From IMG/VR virus record IMGVR_UViG_2695420564_000012: a DNA stretch of 11,126 nt; one strand, given 5' to 3'. The notes beneath the pieces were generated by a model. That model saw only the letters and a list, made by a program, of their open reading frames with translations. It was not told the origin of the DNA and searched no databases. The translations under genes were made by a program, and so were the position numbers. This document shows positions 1 through 7,978 of the stretch, in pieces. Origin of the DNA: a virus (lineage: Duplodnaviria; Heunggongvirae; Uroviricota; Caudoviricetes). Numbering within the stretch: the stretch's first letter is position 1; each line of letters starts with the position of its first letter.

Positions 1-384
1 TTATGAATGTACAGTTGGTGAGTTTTGCAGTTGTTCTATTTCCCGCATGATATTTCGTACGCCATCAATTTGTGCGGACCAGCTATCTTGCCGGGCAAGC
101 CACTCAGCTTCGTGCTGGCGCTTTTCTTCACGGCAACACTCAAGCGCCCTGTGGCTCTCTTCTATCCGGGTACGCCACTCTTCCTCAAGACTGGCGATCA
201 GTTCCAGCTCAATTTCTGGCAATATATCGGCGAGCGCTTCACGTGCCCGGTGCCGGATTTCAGGGAAGACTTTCTCCAATAAGTTTTGCTTAACAAGTTC
301 TCGCTTACGTTCTTCCGGATCGGAAAAAAACTTAATAAAACAGACGCTCTGAATGTATCCGTAGGGCGGCACGCCCACCAGCAA
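1..384 (-). CDS. Hypothetical protein, charged and helical in character; sits where a P2-like immunity repressor would be expected but has no recognisable HTH
   Basis: Uninterrupted 127-codon frame on the - strand with stop TAA at 3..1. No in-frame ATG near the 5' end, only TTG at 384 or GTG at 378/372, and no clear SD. Composition is protein-like, unlike the S/R/P/C-rich + strand shadow ORFs at 25-352. Function not recognised. Confidence 0.4.
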   Translation of the reverse strand: MLVGVPPYGYIQSVCFIKFFSDPEERKRELVKQNLLEKVFPEIRHRAREALADILPEIELELIASLEEEWRTRIEESHRALECCREEKRQHEAEWLARQDSWSAQIDGVRNIMREIEQLQNSPTVHS

Positions 385-443
385 CTATAGACAGATTCGG
401 AGATTTAAGACAGGCAGTTAAGCGAACTCATTCGGCTCTTGGT

Positions 444-701
444 ATGGATGAGGAAGCGAGAGGGTACTTCAGGCGTNNTNGNGANAAAGTATCTGANCNN
501 ANAAAAAGTAAAAAATGTGACATCAAACTTGCAGCCGCACCGTCGGATTTGCTCTCGAAAGAGGGATTTGCTCTTTACATCGGTAAGACGCCTCGTGCTG
601 TTGCTGAAATGGCGAAAGCAGGCAAGTTACCAGCCTTTTATATGACGGACCCATTAAAGCCGGGCGGTCATGCTGAGTTATGGATTAATCGCCGTGAGTA
701 G
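444..701 (+). CDS. cox: Cox-like excisionase / early transcriptional regulator; start uncertain; in-frame TAG at 699-701 with the same frame staying open to TAA at 801-803
   Basis: Segment FALYIGKTPRAVAEMAKAGKLPAFYMTDP resembles my recollection of the P2 Cox HTH region (FAKLIGKSTGAVRRMIDKGKLPVIDMTDP). Position is immediately upstream of B in the early operon. Start is obscured by the n-run, and ATG 444 has no SD. Confidence 0.5.
   Translation: MDEEARGYFRRXXXKVSXXXKSKKCDIKLAAAPSDLLSKEGFALYIGKTPRAVAEMAKAGKLPAFYMTDPLKPGGHAELWINRRE
478..502. other. Run of ambiguous bases (n) in the assembly
   Basis: Literal n characters interspersed at 478-502, inside the 5' part of the Cox-like frame. Indicates a low-quality stretch. 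Confidence 0.95.
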
Positions 702-813
702 GACAAGTACGCAGCCCAACTAGTTGATGAAGCTCCGACAGAATGGCATGACTGGAAAAATCGCATTAGTTACAGCAAATCAAGACATGGCCGTGCGGCT
801 TAAGGTGGAAAGG

Positions 814-984
814 ATGAACGAGCCTCGTTGTATTGCTCAGTTATTGCGTAACGAAAGCCCAAGGGCGATTGACTTCACCATTACCCACGGTAAGGGGCGT
901 AAGGGAATCATTATCCGCACCAAAAAACAGAGTCCGTTAAAAAAGGCTCTGACCTTTCTGAAAAGCCGGAGGGTATGGAAATGA
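814..984 (+). CDS. Small hypothetical early protein (P2 orf78-position), 56 aa
   Basis: ATG 814 is preceded by a strong SD (GGTGGAAAGG, 804-813) directly after the TAA at 801-803. Stop TGA at 982-984 overlaps the B start. The ORF-track extension back to 724 lacks an RBS. Confidence 0.45.
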   Translation: MNEPRCIAQLLRNESPRAIDFTITHGKGRKGIIIRTKKQSPLKKALTFLKSRRVWK

Positions 985-1481
985 CAGTGATGACGCTCAA
1001 TCTCGTCGAAAAACAGCCAGCAGCTATGCGCCGGATAATTGGTAAGCATCTTGCCGTCCCTCGCTGGCAGGATACATGTGATTATTATAATCAGATGATG
1101 GAGCGCGAACGGCTAACAGTTTGCTTTCATGCGCAGTTAAAACAACGTCACGCAACGATGTGTTTTGAAGAAATGAACGACGTCGAACGTGAACGACTGG
1201 TATGTGCAATTGATGAATTGCGTGGGGCATTCTCAAAACGCCGTCAGGTTGGCGCAAGTGAGTATGCATATATTAGTTTTTTAACAGTCAGTCAGCGTCG
1301 TACTTTATTTATGCATGCCGGATTGACTGAAAAAGAATTCAACCAGCCATACTGGCGAATTAATGAAGAATCATGTTACTGGCGTGATGCTTTATTCCGT
1401 GCATTACGTGAATTATTCAGCCTGTTTGAGTATGCACCGACAATTCTGACGTCGGTAAAACCAGAGCAATATCTGCATTAA
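975..1481 (+). CDS. B: P2 gpB-like replication protein (DnaB helicase loader-type)
   Basis: 168-aa ORF with GGAGG SD at 968-972. Sequence (MTLNLVEKQPAAMRRIIGKHLAVPRWQDT...) matches my recollection of P2 B nearly throughout. Lies upstream of A in the same operon. Confidence 0.85.
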   Translation: MEMTVMTLNLVEKQPAAMRRIIGKHLAVPRWQDTCDYYNQMMERERLTVCFHAQLKQRHATMCFEEMNDVERERLVCAIDELRGAFSKRRQVGASEYAYISFLTVSQRRTLFMHAGLTEKEFNQPYWRINEESCYWRDALFRALRELFSLFEYAPTILTSVKPEQYLH

Positions 1482-1544
1482 GTAATTAACCAGAGTTTTT
1501 AACGCACTTAATCGTGCGGGGCTTCTTTTTGCCTGGAGAAAGTC

Positions 1545-1769
1545 ATGCATACAGTTTCTGAAAATCAGTGCGGTAAATACGCATTACTGCTGCAACAGGC
1601 CAGAACCGAAGCACAGGCCGACGCTGCGACGCGCTTTTCTTCTCATCTTGACGCCATGATTCGCCACATCACAAAGGCGGAGTTATCCCGCGTGGAGATA
1701 GTCGAGCTGCTCAGTCAGGAGTCGGAAAAATTTCACAATATCGGATTGTCTCGCGGGGAGGTACTTTGA
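1545..1769 (+). CDS. Hypothetical protein, P2 orf80-like
   Basis: 74-aa ORF with GGAG SD at 1535-1538. Conserved position between B and A in P2-like early operons. Confidence 0.6.
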   Translation: MHTVSENQCGKYALLLQQARTEAQADAATRFSSHLDAMIRHITKAELSRVEIVELLSQESEKFHNIGLSRGEVL

Positions 1770-2068
1770 TGTCCTGTTCTCATTCAGTTGTATTACTGAA
1801 TAACGCCTTAAAAATCGCCGTTATGGAAAATGGTGATTTGTCTCTTATTCAACTTTGTCTTGATAAAGAAAAACGCGACATAACTGAATCTGTTATCGCG
1901 ATTTATCAGAATGAATTAAACCTCCTGTCTGAGGTGGTCAATTTACTTGTTAAACGCGCTGTATTCCACAAGCAAATCTCCTCCGTGGATGAACTGACGA
2001 AATTAATGACAGAAATCGCCAGCTATTGCGCTGATGAATTTAAGAAACTGAACGATAAAAGGAGCTGA
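1769..2068 (+). CDS. Hypothetical protein, P2 orf81-like
   Basis: ATG 1769 overlaps the upstream stop (TGATG). SD GGGGAGG at 1754-1760. 99 aa from this ATG; the ORF-track start at 1766 is a TTG. Confidence 0.6.
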   Translation: MSCSHSVVLLNNALKIAVMENGDLSLIQLCLDKEKRDITESVIAIYQNELNLLSEVVNLLVKRAVFHKQISSVDELTKLMTEIASYCADEFKKLNDKRS

Positions 2069-2070
2069 TA

Positions 2071-2295
2071 ATGCCGGACAACGTAGATTTTATTCAGGAA
2101 CAACAGGCTGAATTACTGGAGCGCCAGATTAACGCGGCAAGGGTAAAACATTGCGGTGCTTCTGCGCTGGTTTGCGAAGAGTGTGACGCGCCAATACCTG
2201 CTGCCCGTCGTGCGGCTTACCCGTCAGCCACGCGTTGTGTTTCCTGTCAGTCAGTCTTTGAAGCAAAAAACAAACATTACCGGAGAACGGCATGA
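2071..2295 (+). CDS. TraR/DksA-type C4 zinc-finger protein, P2 orf82-like
   Basis: CEEC...CVSC four-cysteine motif in a 74-aa protein. SD AAAGGAG at 2058-2064. Confidence 0.65.
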   Translation: MPDNVDFIQEQQAELLERQINAARVKHCGASALVCEECDAPIPAARRAAYPSATRCVSCQSVFEAKNKHYRRTA

Positions 2296-2441
2296 GTATT
2301 CGTATTGAAATTGGCGAACGTTATGTCGTTACCAGTGACAGCTTTCAGTTTATTCTCCACGAGAAAAAGAGAGCGGAAAGCGGTAAAAACGCCGGTCAGG
2401 AATGGCTGGCGGTGGTTGGTTATTACCCGAAATTAAGCTAG
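2292..2441 (+). CDS. Small hypothetical protein (49 aa), P2 orf83-like
   Basis: ATG 2292 overlaps the orf82 stop (ATGA). Open frame to TAG at 2439-2441. Not in the ORF track because of its short length. Confidence 0.45.
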   Translation: MSIRIEIGERYVVTSDSFQFILHEKKRAESGKNAGQEWLAVVGYYPKLS

Positions 2442-2556
2442 CTCGTTTCCGGCCTGATGCATCACGATATTCTGACCGGAAGCGCAAAGTCTTTTGCTGA
2501 TTTAAACGCGCAGGTTGAGCAACTCAGCAAGCGTTGTTCAGAGGCTTTTGGCTCAT

Positions 2557-4869
2557 ATGGCCGTTAAAGCCTCCGGGCGTTTTGTCCCTCCGTCAGCATT
2601 TGCCGCAGGCACCGGTAAGACGTTTACCGGTGCTTATGCATGGAACGCGCCACGCGAGGCTGTCGGGCGCGAAAGACCCCTTACACGTGACGAGATGCGT
2701 CAGGTGCAAGGTGTTTTATCCACGATTAACCGCCTGCCTTACTTTTTGCGCTCGCTGTTTACTTCACGCTATGACTACATCCGGCGCAATAAAAGCCCGG
2801 TGCACGGGTTTTATTTCCTCACATCCACTTTTCAGCGTCGTTTATGGCCGCGCATTGAGCGTGTGAATCAGCGCCATGAAATGAACACCGACGCGTCGTT
2901 GCTGTTTCTGGCAGAGCGTGACCACTATGCGCGCCTGCCGGGAATGAATGACAAGGAGCTGAAAAAGTTTGCTGCCCGTATCTCATCGCAGCTTTTCATG
3001 ATGTATGAGGAACTCTGCGATGCCTGGGTGGATGCGCATGGCGAAAAAGAATCGCTGTTTACGGATGAGGCGCAGGCACATCTGTATGGTCATGTTGCTG
3101 GCGCTGCACGTGCTTTCAATATTTCCCCGCTTTACTGGCAAAAATACCGTAAAGGGCAGATGACCATGAGGCAGGCATATTCTGCCATTGCCCGCCTGTT
3201 TAACGATGAGTGGTGGACTCATCAGCTTAAAGGCCAGCGTATGCGCTGGCATGAGGCGTTACTGATTGCTGTCGGGGAGGTCAATAAAGACCGTTCTCCT
3301 TATGCCAGTAAACATGCCATTCGTGATGTGCGTGCGCGCCGCCAGGCAAATCTGGAATTTCTTAAATCGTGTGACCTTGAAAACAAGGAAACCGGCGAGC
3401 GCATCGACCTTATCAGTAAGGTGATGGGCAGTATTTCTAATCCAGAAATTCGCCGGATGGAGCTGATGAACACCATCGCCGGTATTGAGCGTTACGCCGC
3501 CGCAGAGGGTGATGTGGGGATGTTTATCACGCTGACCACGCCGTCAAAGTATCACCCGACACGTCAGGTCGGAAAAGGAGAAAGTAAAACCGTCCAGCTT
3601 AATCACGGCTGGAACGATGAGGCATTTAATCCAAAGGATGCGCAGCGTTATCTCTGCCGTATCTGGAGCCTGATGCGCACGGCATTCAAGGATAATGATT
3701 TACAGGTCTACGGTTTGCGTGTTGTTGAACCACACCACGACGGAACGCCGCACTGGCATATGATGCTTTTTTGTAATCCACGCCAGCGTAACCAGATTAT
3801 TGAAATCATGCGTCGCTATGCGCTCAAAGAGGATGGCGACGAAAGAGGAGCCGCGCGAAACCGTTTTCAGGCAAAACACCTTAACCGGGGCGGTGCTGCG
3901 GGATATATCGCGAAATACATCTCAAAAAACATCGACGGCTATGCACTGGATGGTCAGCTCGATAATGATACCGGCAGGCCGCTGAAAGACACAGCTGCTG
4001 CTGTTACCGCATGGGCGTCAACGTGGCGCATTCCGCAATTTAAAACGGTTGGTCTGCCGACAATGGGGGCTTACCGTGAACTACGCAAATTGCCTCGCGG
4101 CGTCAGCATTGCTGATGAGTTTGACGAACGCGTTGAGGCTGCACGTGCCGCCGCAGACAGTGGTGATTTTGCGTTGTATATCAGCGCGCAGGGTGGGGCA
4201 AATGTTCCGCGTGATTGCCAGACTGTCAGAGTCGCCCGTAGCCCGTCGGATGAAGTTAACGAGTACGAGGAAGAAGTCGAGAGAGTGGTCGGCATTTACG
4301 CGCCGCATCTCGGCGCGCGTCATATTCATATCACCAGAACGACGGACTGGCGCATTGTTCCGAAAGTGCCGGTCGTTGAGCCTTTGACGTTAAAAAGCGG
4401 CATCGCCGCGCCTCGGAGTCCTGTCAATAACTGTGGAAAACTCACCGGTGGTGATACTTCGTTACCGGCTCCCACACCTTCTGAGCACGCCGCAGCAGTG
4501 CTTAATCTGGTTGATGACGGTGTTATCGAATGGAGTGACCCGGAGGTCGTGAGGGCGCTCAGAGGTGCATTAAAACACGGTCGGAGAACGCCAAGTCGTC
4601 AGCAAAGAAACGGAAGCCCGTTAAAACCACATGAAATTGCACCATCGGCCAGACTGACCCGGTCGGAAAGAATGCAAATTACCCGTATCCGCATTGACCT
4701 TGCTCAGAACGGTATCAGGCCTCAGCGATGGGAGCTTGAGGCGCTGGCGCGTGGAGCGAGAGTAAATTATGGTGATATGTCATTCAAATTTCCAATTGAT
4801 GATCGATTTTATGATGATGTTAACTCTTTGAATTTATGGAGTATTGAGTCTCGTGTGAACTTCACATAA
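2557..4869 (+). CDS. A: P2 gpA-like rolling-circle replication initiator (HUH endonuclease family)
   Basis: Long ORF with an HUH-type motif (GTPHWHMMLF) and a tandem-tyrosine motif (YIAKYISKNIDGY) typical of phiX174/P2 A-type initiators. Extensive match to my recollection of P2 A. The ORF-track start at 2515 is a TTG; ATG 2557 (MAVKASGRF) is the likely start. Confidence 0.92.
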   Translation: MAVKASGRFVPPSAFAAGTGKTFTGAYAWNAPREAVGRERPLTRDEMRQVQGVLSTINRLPYFLRSLFTSRYDYIRRNKSPVHGFYFLTSTFQRRLWPRIERVNQRHEMNTDASLLFLAERDHYARLPGMNDKELKKFAARISSQLFMMYEELCDAWVDAHGEKESLFTDEAQAHLYGHVAGAARAFNISPLYWQKYRKGQMTMRQAYSAIARLFNDEWWTHQLKGQRMRWHEALLIAVGEVNKDRSPYASKHAIRDVRARRQANLEFLKSCDLENKETGERIDLISKVMGSISNPEIRRMELMNTIAGIERYAAAEGDVGMFITLTTPSKYHPTRQVGKGESKTVQLNHGWNDEAFNPKDAQRYLCRIWSLMRTAFKDNDLQVYGLRVVEPHHDGTPHWHMMLFCNPRQRNQIIEIMRRYALKEDGDERGAARNRFQAKHLNRGGAAGYIAKYISKNIDGYALDGQLDNDTGRPLKDTAAAVTAWASTWRIPQFKTVGLPTMGAYRELRKLPRGVSIADEFDERVEAARAAADSGDFALYISAQGGANVPRDCQTVRVARSPSDEVNEYEEEVERVVGIYAPHLGARHIHITRTTDWRIVPKVPVVEPLTLKSGIAAPRSPVNNCGKLTGGDTSLPAPTPSEHAAAVLNLVDDGVIEWSDPEVVRALRGALKHGRRTPSRQQRNGSPLKPHEIAPSARLTRSERMQITRIRIDLAQNGIRPQRWELEALARGARVNYGDMSFKFPIDDRFYDDVNSLNLWSIESRVNFT

Positions 4870-4872
4870 TAT
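4844..4872 (+). promoter_or_regulatory. Candidate sigma70-type promoter for the cargo genes (TTGAGT - 17 nt - TAATAT), overlapping the 3' end of A
   Basis: Hexamers read directly at 4844-4849 and 4867-4872 with a 17-nt spacer, about 50 nt upstream of the SIR2 ATG. Pattern match only. Confidence 0.25.
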
Positions 4873-4923
4873 GGGGCCGTTGTAGGTGTTTGAACAATCA
4901 GACTTCAATTCAAAGGGATAATT

Positions 4924-6171
4924 ATGGTTATTTATCAAGGTGGTAAGATAATATCTGAAGATGATTTTTATTCTCATCTTTATTCGTTATGTCAGTTGGA
5001 TAATGTAGGGGTTCTTTTAGGCGCGGGAGCATCGGTCGGATGTGGCGGCCAAACTATGAAGCAGGTATGGCAGTCTTTTAAATATGAACATCCTGACCTG
5101 TTGAATTTGTTACTAGAAAAATACTTATTGGTTGACAAAACTGAATCTGAAAAAGATATAGTTAATGTTGAGCTTCTAATTGATGAAGTAACTAAATTCT
5201 TGTCTGTGGCGAAAACAAGACGTAATGAAGACGAACAAAAAGAAATTAGTTTAATATTAAGTGCTTTGTATAAACAAGTAACAAGGGCTGCATTGTTAAC
5301 TGGAGAAGAGTTTGGCTGTAAAAATCAAGGGAAGAAAAAACAGTTTAAGTTTCATAAAGAATTAATTTCAAAATTGATTTCAAATAGGCAGCCGGGACAA
5401 TCGGCTCCGGCACTTTTTACTACCAACTATGATTTGGCATTAGAGTGGGCAGCTGAAGATTTAGGAATTCAGCTATTTAATGGTTTTTCAGGGTTGCATA
5501 CAAGACAATTTTATCCTCAAAATTTTGATTTGGCATTTAGAAATGTCAATGCAAAAGGGGAGGCTAGATTTGGTCATTATCACGCTTATCTATATAAATT
5601 GCATGGCTCTCTTACATGGTATCAGGATGATTTTTTAATGGTTAATGAGATAAGTGCATCTCAGGCATATGACAATTACATTAAAAATATTATTAATGGT
5701 GACGGTTTTTACTATGGTCAACATTTGATTTATCCGGGAGCTAATAAATATAGCCATACAATTGGTTTTGTTTACGGTGAAATGTTTAGGCGTTTTGGCG
5801 AGTTTTTGTCAAAACCTCAAACCGCTTTGTTTATTAATGGGTTTGGATTTGGTGATTATCATATAAACAGAATAGTTTTTGGTGCTTTGTTAAATCCGTC
5901 ATTTCATGTTGTTATTTATTACCCTGAACTGAAGAATGCTTTAGATAAAGTTAGTAGAGGCGTTGCTTCTGAAGGTGAAAAAGCAATTGATGCTTTAAAA
6001 AATATGCAATTCAATCAAGTGACTATCGTGGGTGGAGGTTCAGATGCTTACTTTGATAGTTTTGTGAAACATCTTCCTTATCCGGTGTTGTTCCCAAGAG
6101 AAAATACTGTTGATGACTTGGTTGAAGCTATTTCTAAATTGTCTAAAGGGGAAGGGAATGTCGCATTTTAA
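4924..6171 (+). CDS. sir2: SIR2-family (SIR2_2-like) protein, predicted NAD+-consuming effector
   Basis: GAGAS glycine-rich motif near residue 35, TTNYD motif near residue 168 and LHGS near residue 227, the characteristic triad of prokaryotic defence SIR2 domains. AGGGA RBS at 4913-4917. AT-rich relative to flanking phage genes. Confidence 0.85.
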   Translation: MVIYQGGKIISEDDFYSHLYSLCQLDNVGVLLGAGASVGCGGQTMKQVWQSFKYEHPDLLNLLLEKYLLVDKTESEKDIVNVELLIDEVTKFLSVAKTRRNEDEQKEISLILSALYKQVTRAALLTGEEFGCKNQGKKKQFKFHKELISKLISNRQPGQSAPALFTTNYDLALEWAAEDLGIQLFNGFSGLHTRQFYPQNFDLAFRNVNAKGEARFGHYHAYLYKLHGSLTWYQDDFLMVNEISASQAYDNYIKNIINGDGFYYGQHLIYPGANKYSHTIGFVYGEMFRRFGEFLSKPQTALFINGFGFGDYHINRIVFGALLNPSFHVVIYYPELKNALDKVSRGVASEGEKAIDALKNMQFNQVTIVGGGSDAYFDSFVKHLPYPVLFPRENTVDDLVEAISKLSKGEGNVAF

Positions 6172-7978
6172 ACTATCTGAATTATCTGCTATTGGGTATG
6201 TCGTTGGTCTGGAGGGCGAAAAAATAAGGATAAATCTTCATGAAGGATTGCAAGGTAGACTCGCCTCTCATAGGGATGGCGTTAGTTCTGTTACTCAGCC
6301 TGGAGATTTGATCGGTTTTGATGCCGGAAATATTCTGGTTGTGGCTCGAGTTACAGATATGGCATTTGTCGAGGCTGATAAAGCACATAAGGCAAAAATA
6401 GGTACATCAGATATAGCAGATATGCCGTTAAGGCAAATAATAGCCTATGCAATAGGTTTTATTAGACGAGATATAGATGGATGTGTTTTTGTTTCGGAAG
6501 ACTGGAGATTACCTGCTCTGGGAGCATCCGCTGTCCCGTTAACATCTGATTTTTTAAACATCGTATATAGTATTGATAAAAATGATCTGGATAAAGCAAT
6601 TGAGTTAGGAATAGATTCGAGGACTAAATCAGTTAAAGTTTTAGCTAGCATTGATAAATTACTAACTAGGCATATGGCTGTTTTGGGCAGTACTGGATAT
6701 GGTAAATCTAATTTTAATGCTTTACTTACACGCCGAATTTCAGAACAGTACCCTAATGCAAGAATAGTAATTTTTGATATTAATGGCGAGTATTCTCAGG
6801 CTTTTGAAGGTGTTGCTAATGTTAAACATACTATTTTAGGTGAGTTACCAAAAGGAGAGATTCCAAAACCACCTCTACAGAAAGGAGATATATTTTCTGA
6901 GAGTGAACATTACTACTATAGAAAAATACCTTATCAAGCATTGGGATTTGCTGGGTTGATAAAATTACTACGCCCTAGTGATAAGACACAATTACCTGCA
7001 TTAAGAAATGCGCTTAATGCTATAAATAGTGTTCATTTTTCCGATGATTCATTCTTTCTTAAGAATGAAGTAGGGGGCGTATTTAATATTTTTGATGATT
7101 GTAGAGATGAAGGGCAAGAGCTTTTATCTGCGTGGTTGAGCTTCTTAAGAAAAGGGACGCTGTGTAAGGCAAATAAATGGCCGCCGTTTAAAAGTATTGC
7201 TAACTTGGTTGCGGAGTTTGGTTGCGTGGCGGCGGATTCGCGAAAAGCTGGATCTAGTAAACGAGATGCTTTTAGCTATGGTAATGTTCTGCCATTGATT
7301 AAGATAATTCAACAGTTATCAGAGGATTCTAGATTCAAGTATGTTGTTGATTTAAATGGAGGTGGTGAATTATTAGGTGATGGCAAACATTGGGAATTAG
7401 CTATGAAACAGGAAGTTGATTATTTCTTTGGTAAAGAAAAGGGAGAGGAGAATGACTGGAATATTCATATTGTTAATTTTAAGCATCTTTCACAAGATCA
7501 TGCTCCAATGCTGTTAAGTGCATTATTAGAAATGTTTGCTGAAGTTCTCTTTCTTAGAGGTCAAAACAAAGCTTTTCCAACCGTGTTACTTCTTGAAGAG
7601 GCGCACCATTATTTAAGAGATCCTTATTCTGAAGTTGATGCTCAAATTAAAGCTTATGAAAGACTTGCCAAAGAAGGGCGTAAATTTAAATGTTCACTTA
7701 TTGTGAGCACACAACGACCATCAGAGCTTTCATCAACAGTATTAGCAATGTGTGCAAATTGGTTTTCGTTGCGCTTGACAAATGAGCGTGATTTGCAGAC
7801 TTTACGGTATGCGATGGAAAGTGGAAATGAGTTAATGATTCGGCAGATTTCTGGGCTTCCCAGAGGAGATGCAATAGCGTTTGGTGCTGCTTTTAATATA
7901 CCCGTAAGAATTTCAATTCACCCTGCTGTACCCGGTCCGAGATCGTCTGACGCAAGTTATTCTCAAGAATGGCGATAA
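6158..7978 (+). CDS. herA: HerA-family ATPase (FtsK/HerA superfamily)
   Basis: Walker A LGSTGYGKS (~res 177-184), Walker B VLLLEEAHH (~res 476-484) and HerA-typical STQRPS motif (~res 517-522), with a ~300-aa insertion between the Walker motifs and an N-terminal domain of ~170 aa. ATG 6158 has a strong SD (AAGGGGAAGGG) and overlaps the SIR2 3' end by 14 nt. The ORF-track start at 6110 is a TTG. Confidence 0.85.
   Translation: MSHFKLSELSAIGYVVGLEGEKIRINLHEGLQGRLASHRDGVSSVTQPGDLIGFDAGNILVVARVTDMAFVEADKAHKAKIGTSDIADMPLRQIIAYAIGFIRRDIDGCVFVSEDWRLPALGASAVPLTSDFLNIVYSIDKNDLDKAIELGIDSRTKSVKVLASIDKLLTRHMAVLGSTGYGKSNFNALLTRRISEQYPNARIVIFDINGEYSQAFEGVANVKHTILGELPKGEIPKPPLQKGDIFSESEHYYYRKIPYQALGFAGLIKLLRPSDKTQLPALRNALNAINSVHFSDDSFFLKNEVGGVFNIFDDCRDEGQELLSAWLSFLRKGTLCKANKWPPFKSIANLVAEFGCVAADSRKAGSSKRDAFSYGNVLPLIKIIQQLSEDSRFKYVVDLNGGGELLGDGKHWELAMKQEVDYFFGKEKGEENDWNIHIVNFKHLSQDHAPMLLSALLEMFAEVLFLRGQNKAFPTVLLLEEAHHYLRDPYSEVDAQIKAYERLAKEGRKFKCSLIVSTQRPSELSSTVLAMCANWFSLRLTNERDLQTLRYAMESGNELMIRQISGLPRGDAIAFGAAFNIPVRISIHPAVPGPRSSDASYSQEWR

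Noticed and set aside
25-352. Three overlapping + strand ORFs (25..282, 47..352, 72..293)
   Set aside because: S/R/P/C/L-rich low-complexity translations typical of antisense shadow frames; they lie opposite a protein-like - strand ORF.
724-813. Upstream part of the 724..984 ORF
   Set aside because: No RBS at 724, 727 or 748, and it overlaps the open continuation of the Cox-like frame. ATG 814 follows a strong SD right after a TAA.
2515-2556. ORF-track 5' extension of gene A (784 aa starting MSNSASVV...)
   Set aside because: Position 2515 is a TTG, not ATG; the tool translates alternative starts as M. The conserved N-terminus as I recall it begins at ATG 2557.
2534-4387. Internal and antisense ORFs within gene A (2534..2866 +, 2983..3252 -, 3800..3985 +, 4049..4387 +, 4071..4295 -, 4081..4329 -)
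   Set aside because: All nested in the well-supported A frame with no independent signals; typical shadow ORFs.
6110-6157. ORF-track 5' extension of HerA (622 aa)
   Set aside because: Starts at TTG 6110 inside SIR2 coding sequence. ATG 6158 has a strong SD and is the parsimonious start.
6182-6651. Two 68-aa - strand ORFs inside HerA (6182..6388, 6445..6651)
   Set aside because: Antisense to a strongly supported CDS, with no RBS or recognisable motif.
4924-7978. Alternative assignments for the cargo: Thoeris (ThsA/ThsB), DSR-type sirtuin, or an OLD-family nuclease
   Set aside because: No TIR or SLOG domain is present. The SIR2 protein is 415 aa, not ~1000 aa. The ATPase has HerA-type motifs (STQRPS, long insertion between Walker A and B) rather than an OLD ABC-ATPase plus Toprim architecture.
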